In this document: in pieces, positions 60,277-64,000 of the stretch
How positions within the stretch are numbered: the first letter of the stretch is position 1
Layout of the letters: every line of letters begins with the position of its first letter
NCBI GenBank assembly: GCA_937897575.1
Contig: CALCQG010000067.1
Coordinates: 1-64,000, forward strand
Reading direction: 5' to 3'
From: an uncultured Synergistales bacterium
GTDB taxonomy: Bacteria > Synergistota > Synergistia > Synergistales > Aminobacteriaceae
Length of the DNA stretch: 64,000 nucleotides
Notes under the pieces: generated by a model
Databases searched by the model: none
The model's input: the letters and a program-made list of their open reading frames with translations, nothing else
What the model was told of the DNA's origin: nothing
Program-made: the position numbers and the translations under genes

Positions 60277-61131
60277 TTATGAAATATCTTTTTCCAAATA
60301 TGAAGCAAGGAGACGATATGTTTCCTGATTCGCATCTATTTTTTCCCGCAGTTCAATGGCCAGCAACGTGGCAAGAAGGTGCGTCAGGGAGAGAGGAGCT
60401 GTCATGGAGTTATAGAAGACAACGCTGGCCGTCTGACATAACAGGACGACATCGGCGTAACGCGCGGCAGGAGATATGGTTTTATCAGTCACGCATATGA
60501 TCCTGGAACCCCGCTGCCGGGCGCACTTTGCCACATCTCCGATCAGCTGCGAGTAATTAGGAAAGGAAAACACGATGAAGACATCGAGCCCATCCGCCCT
60601 GGCCAGCGCTCGAGGCAGTATGTTGAGGTTCTCGAGATTCATAAGCTCCGAGTCCAAACCGAGGAAGACGAGGCGTCTCTGCAACATGGACGCCACAGGC
60701 AGACTCATGTTCTTTGCCACAAGGTACACTTTGCGGGCCTGTTTGATCAGCAACACGGCGCTCATTATATGGTCGTCGTTGATCATGGCGTACGACTCTT
60801 CGATCAGCTGTTTTTCGCTCTGCCGTATCTTCTCGATGACCTCCGAACTACTCTCAATGTCGTAAGAGAAACTTTCACGCACGACGTTGCGCGGGGATAT
60901 CACGGACTGGATGTAACTCTGAAAATCTCTCTTAAACTCGCTGTAGTTATCGTATCCTATTTTTTTAACGAAGTTCAGAACCGTCACGGGAGCGACAGAG
61001 GCTTCATCACTCAGTCTCTTGAGGGACATGAAACAAGCCGTATCCTTTCTCTGAAGCAGGAGGTCAGCAATACGGCGCTGTGTTTTACTGAGCGAATCAT
61101 AGACAGATCGCACTCTCTCGGTTGGATCCAT
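60277..61131 (-). CDS. RpiR/MurR-family regulator (HTH + SIS)
   Basis: LSKTQRRIADL, VAPVTVLNFVKKIGYDNYSEFK, SIS domain with VTDKTISPAARYAD. Confidence 0.9.
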   Translation of the reverse strand: MDPTERVRSVYDSLSKTQRRIADLLLQRKDTACFMSLKRLSDEASVAPVTVLNFVKKIGYDNYSEFKRDFQSYIQSVISPRNVVRESFSYDIESSSEVIEKIRQSEKQLIEESYAMINDDHIMSAVLLIKQARKVYLVAKNMSLPVASMLQRRLVFLGLDSELMNLENLNILPRALARADGLDVFIVFSFPNYSQLIGDVAKCARQRGSRIICVTDKTISPAARYADVVLLCQTASVVFYNSMTAPLSLTHLLATLLAIELREKIDANQETYRLLASYLEKDIS

Positions 61132-61359
61132 AATGCTTCTCCTTATAATGTAAGCGTTTTGCGAGCAAGTATATCTAAAAACCGCACTAAACGCCATTAT
61201 TACGTTGATAGAAAACTCATCACCCCAATAAATCATATCTTTTTATATAAAAATAAACAACAAAACGATATGATAAGTTTACTTTTTTTGCCGACTTTGG
61301 TATATTTCTCACAGGCACACTGCCTTGCTGAACAAAAAAATTCAGAGGGGGATTCGTCG

Positions 61360-62871
61360 ATGAAATCCGCGAAACATGCATTTCTGCTTTTGCTCGCGCT
61401 CTCCATGATACTGGGAAACAGCGTAATCCAGGCAGCCGCAAAGGACACCGACACTTTTGTTGTCGCCATTCGTGCGGAACCGTCCACTCTCGACCCACAC
61501 AACAGCACCGCCTTGGCCAACTTCGCGGTTCAACGCGTCGTATACGACAACCTCGTTGAACAGAATGCGGATGGGGCGATACAGCCTGCACTCGCCGAAA
61601 GATGGGAGGTCATGGATGACCTGACCGTCCGTTTTTATCTGCGTGACGGGGTCTTCTTCACGAACGGAGAGAAGCTTACGGCTGAAGATGTGCGCTACTC
61701 CCTCGAACGTGCGACCAAACAGCGAGGCAGTGCATCCATGTTCTCCGCATTCGATGGAGAAAAAACAGCTGTGGTGGACGAGAGGACTATCGATATCAAA
61801 ATGAAATATCCTTTCGCGCCAATTTATAACTACCTTGCATCATCACGGGGCAATATCATCTGCAAGAAAGCCATCGAAGAGATGGGAGCGGACAAATACG
61901 CCCGAAATCCCGTGGGGACAGGCCCCTTTATCCTGGAAAAATGGATCTCCGGCGACAGTCTCGTCCTGAAGGCCAACAAGAGTTATTGGGGACAAAAACC
62001 AGCCTATGAGACGCTGATATACCGTGTCATTACCGAACATGCCAATCGGTCTATAGAGCTGGAGACCGGCGGTGTGCAGGCAATATTCGATGTATCGGAC
62101 AACGACATCCCCCGCCTGGAAAAAAACCCCAAGATCAAGGTCGTTCAAGGGCCGGGGTATAAGTTTTCCTATATCACCATGAACATGTCCATTCCCCCGT
62201 ACGACAATATCAAGGTCCGGGAGGCCCTGACCATCTCCTTGAACATGCCGGCCATAGTCAAGGCCGTCTACCAGGGTGGCGCGAAGCTGGCCGACAGCCT
62301 TATGGCACCCTCTGTGTTCGGATACAGCAAAGTCGGCCCCTACGCCTATGATCCTGAGCGCGCCAAAACGCTTCTCGCCGAAGCCGGATATGAGAACGGT
62401 CTCAAGGTCACTATTATGACCAACGAAGACCGGAACTTCATCAATGTTGCAGAGATAGCCCAGAACATGTGGAAAAAGATCGGCGTAGAAACGGATATCC
62501 AGATAATGGAGCAGGCGACCCTGCTCTCCATGGCTGCCGAGGGAAAGGTCACCATGAGCATCACCAGCTCCACCCCCACCAGCGGCGATCCTGACCACGC
62601 ACTGATGCCGTGGCCTTCGACCTACAAAAGTTTTCTGAGGATCGACAACCCCAAGATCGACGAGTTTCTGACGAAGGGGAAAAGCACATATGATACATCG
62701 GAGCGCAAGAAGGTCTATGCGGAAGCGCTCGCCTATATGTGGACTCAGTTCAACATGATCCCCATATGCTTCACGGACGTGGTGTACGCCACTGCCGACA
62801 ATGTGGAAAACTTCGAATGCCATCCGGGCAACACCCCAAATTTAGCCAAGGTCACTTTCACACAGAAATAA
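61360..62871 (+). CDS. Family-5 peptide ABC substrate-binding protein
   Basis: Signal peptide; PSTLDPH, LRDGVFFTNGEKLTAEDV, PVGTGPF. Confidence 0.92.
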   Translation: MKSAKHAFLLLLALSMILGNSVIQAAAKDTDTFVVAIRAEPSTLDPHNSTALANFAVQRVVYDNLVEQNADGAIQPALAERWEVMDDLTVRFYLRDGVFFTNGEKLTAEDVRYSLERATKQRGSASMFSAFDGEKTAVVDERTIDIKMKYPFAPIYNYLASSRGNIICKKAIEEMGADKYARNPVGTGPFILEKWISGDSLVLKANKSYWGQKPAYETLIYRVITEHANRSIELETGGVQAIFDVSDNDIPRLEKNPKIKVVQGPGYKFSYITMNMSIPPYDNIKVREALTISLNMPAIVKAVYQGGAKLADSLMAPSVFGYSKVGPYAYDPERAKTLLAEAGYENGLKVTIMTNEDRNFINVAEIAQNMWKKIGVETDIQIMEQATLLSMAAEGKVTMSITSSTPTSGDPDHALMPWPSTYKSFLRIDNPKIDEFLTKGKSTYDTSERKKVYAEALAYMWTQFNMIPICFTDVVYATADNVENFECHPGNTPNLAKVTFTQK

Positions 62872-62887
62872 AGAGGGCATAGAAAGC

Positions 62888-63643
62888 ATGAAAAGACTTG
62901 TAGTCGCCGAGATGACTTGGCCCGAAGTTCAAAGAGAGCTTGACCATGTGAAGGTAGCAGTGGTACCCGTAGGCTCATGCGAACAGCACGGACCAAACAC
63001 GACGTTCACGACGGACACTGATCGCGCGTATGAGTTCTGCAAGCTTCTGGGGGACCGAGTAGGGGGAAAAATCCTGATTTTCCCCCCTTTCGGCTATGGT
63101 ATATCAATGCATCATATGGATTTCCCGGCAACCGTCACGCTTCGGGTCGAGACGATGATCCACGCCCTGACAGATATCGCCGAGTCCATCGGGAAACATG
63201 GGATAAAAAAGATTCTCTACGTGAATGGACACGGCGGCAACCGTTTCGTATTGGATGCCGTCGTCAATACGCTCAAATATGAATACGGTATAGAAGCCTA
63301 TTGGTCGAGCATGGGGACAAACCTCTCGCGCAAGCAGCTCTCGAAGGAGATGGACATTCCGGACGTCATAGGTCATGCCTGCGAGCTCGAAACATCGCAA
63401 TGCCTATATCTTGCTCCGTGGCTCGTCAAAGATACTCTGGAAGCGGGAGAGATACAAAACGACAGTGCATACGTGCAGCGGCTTTTCAAGGACGGGAACG
63501 CCGCCTGGAGCTGGAGATACGACGTCTCGGCTAACGGAGCCCTCGGAGATGCCAGAAAAGCCACGGCGGAGATCGGGAAGACCATGACGGATATCAGTTT
63601 GGAGTACATGGAAAGGCTGCTTGATGAGATCATACGGCGATAA
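62888..63643 (+). CDS. Creatininase / cyclic amide hydrolase family protein
   Basis: PVGSCEQHG..TD, SMHHMDF, NGHGGN, HACELETS. Confidence 0.9.
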   Translation: MKRLVVAEMTWPEVQRELDHVKVAVVPVGSCEQHGPNTTFTTDTDRAYEFCKLLGDRVGGKILIFPPFGYGISMHHMDFPATVTLRVETMIHALTDIAESIGKHGIKKILYVNGHGGNRFVLDAVVNTLKYEYGIEAYWSSMGTNLSRKQLSKEMDIPDVIGHACELETSQCLYLAPWLVKDTLEAGEIQNDSAYVQRLFKDGNAAWSWRYDVSANGALGDARKATAEIGKTMTDISLEYMERLLDEIIRR

Positions 63644-63668
63644 CTGATCGTCCCAAGGAGTTCAAGAC

Positions 63669-64000
63669 ATGCACAGATATGTTCTTCGACGCGTTGTGAT
63701 GATGATCCCGGTCCTCCTGGGGGTTTCGCTGGTCATATTCACCATGATGTACTTCACTCCGGGCGATCCGGCACGGCTCATCCTGGGGGACACCGCCTCA
63801 GAGGCTGAAGTTGAGGCGCTGAGAGAGGAGATGGGCCTGAACGATACCTTTATCGTTCAATACAGCAGGTATCTGAAGAAGGCCATTGCCCACGGGGATC
63901 TGGGAACCTCCTACGTGACGGGGCGCCCCGTGATCACGGAGATCGTCGCTCGTTTTCCAACGACCATGTTGTTGGCCATGCTGAGCGTCATCGTGTCGGT
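63669..64000 (+). CDS. Peptide ABC permease (DppB-like), truncated by the window end
   Basis: MHRYVLRRVVMMIPVLLG...TPGDPA...GDLGTSY; RBS AAGGAG. Confidence 0.9.
   Translation, partial: MHRYVLRRVVMMIPVLLGVSLVIFTMMYFTPGDPARLILGDTASEAEVEALREEMGLNDTFIVQYSRYLKKAIAHGDLGTSYVTGRPVITEIVARFPTTMLLAMLSVIVS

Overview
GC-rich bacterial chromosomal window. The gene content (autotransporter, corrinoid activation system, amino-acid/peptide uptake and hydrolysis) suggests an anaerobic amino-acid-fermenting diderm, plausibly Synergistota (inference only). In order it holds: the end of a corrinoid-methyltransferase-type operon (thioredoxin-like domain, NhaC transporter, RACo/ASKHA activator, MetH-reactivation-like protein, CobW GTPase); a PadR-regulated SsuABC-like transporter with a Cys-rich DUF5714-like protein; a conserved hypothetical; a multi-TM LuxR regulator plus a repeat-containing autotransporter and two exported unknowns; an SSS transporter with an amidohydrolase; an HD hydrolase; an ars cluster; glgP; a metallophosphoesterase; ada-ogt-alkA; a lower-GC block (CDF, MFS, peptide/nickel ABC, M20, two PLP enzymes, LysR); GDPD; potDABC; a nitroreductase; an exported AbgB-like hydrolase; def; a transporter pseudogene; and RpiR-peptide ABC-creatininase. 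The most striking feature is a 445-bp non-coding element (5540-5984) lying exactly between the stop codons of cobW and padR. It has IS200/IS605-type ends (TTAG target + AAAC guide + hairpin; hairpin + TCAC), no transposase or TnpB ORF, a densely structured interior and a TnpB omegaRNA-like 3' end. Also notable is a decayed microhomology-mediated duplication junction (ada/ogt fused to the glgP 5' end) at 33734-33993. No rRNA, tRNA or CRISPR array was recognised. All family calls come from motif recognition by eye, not database searches.
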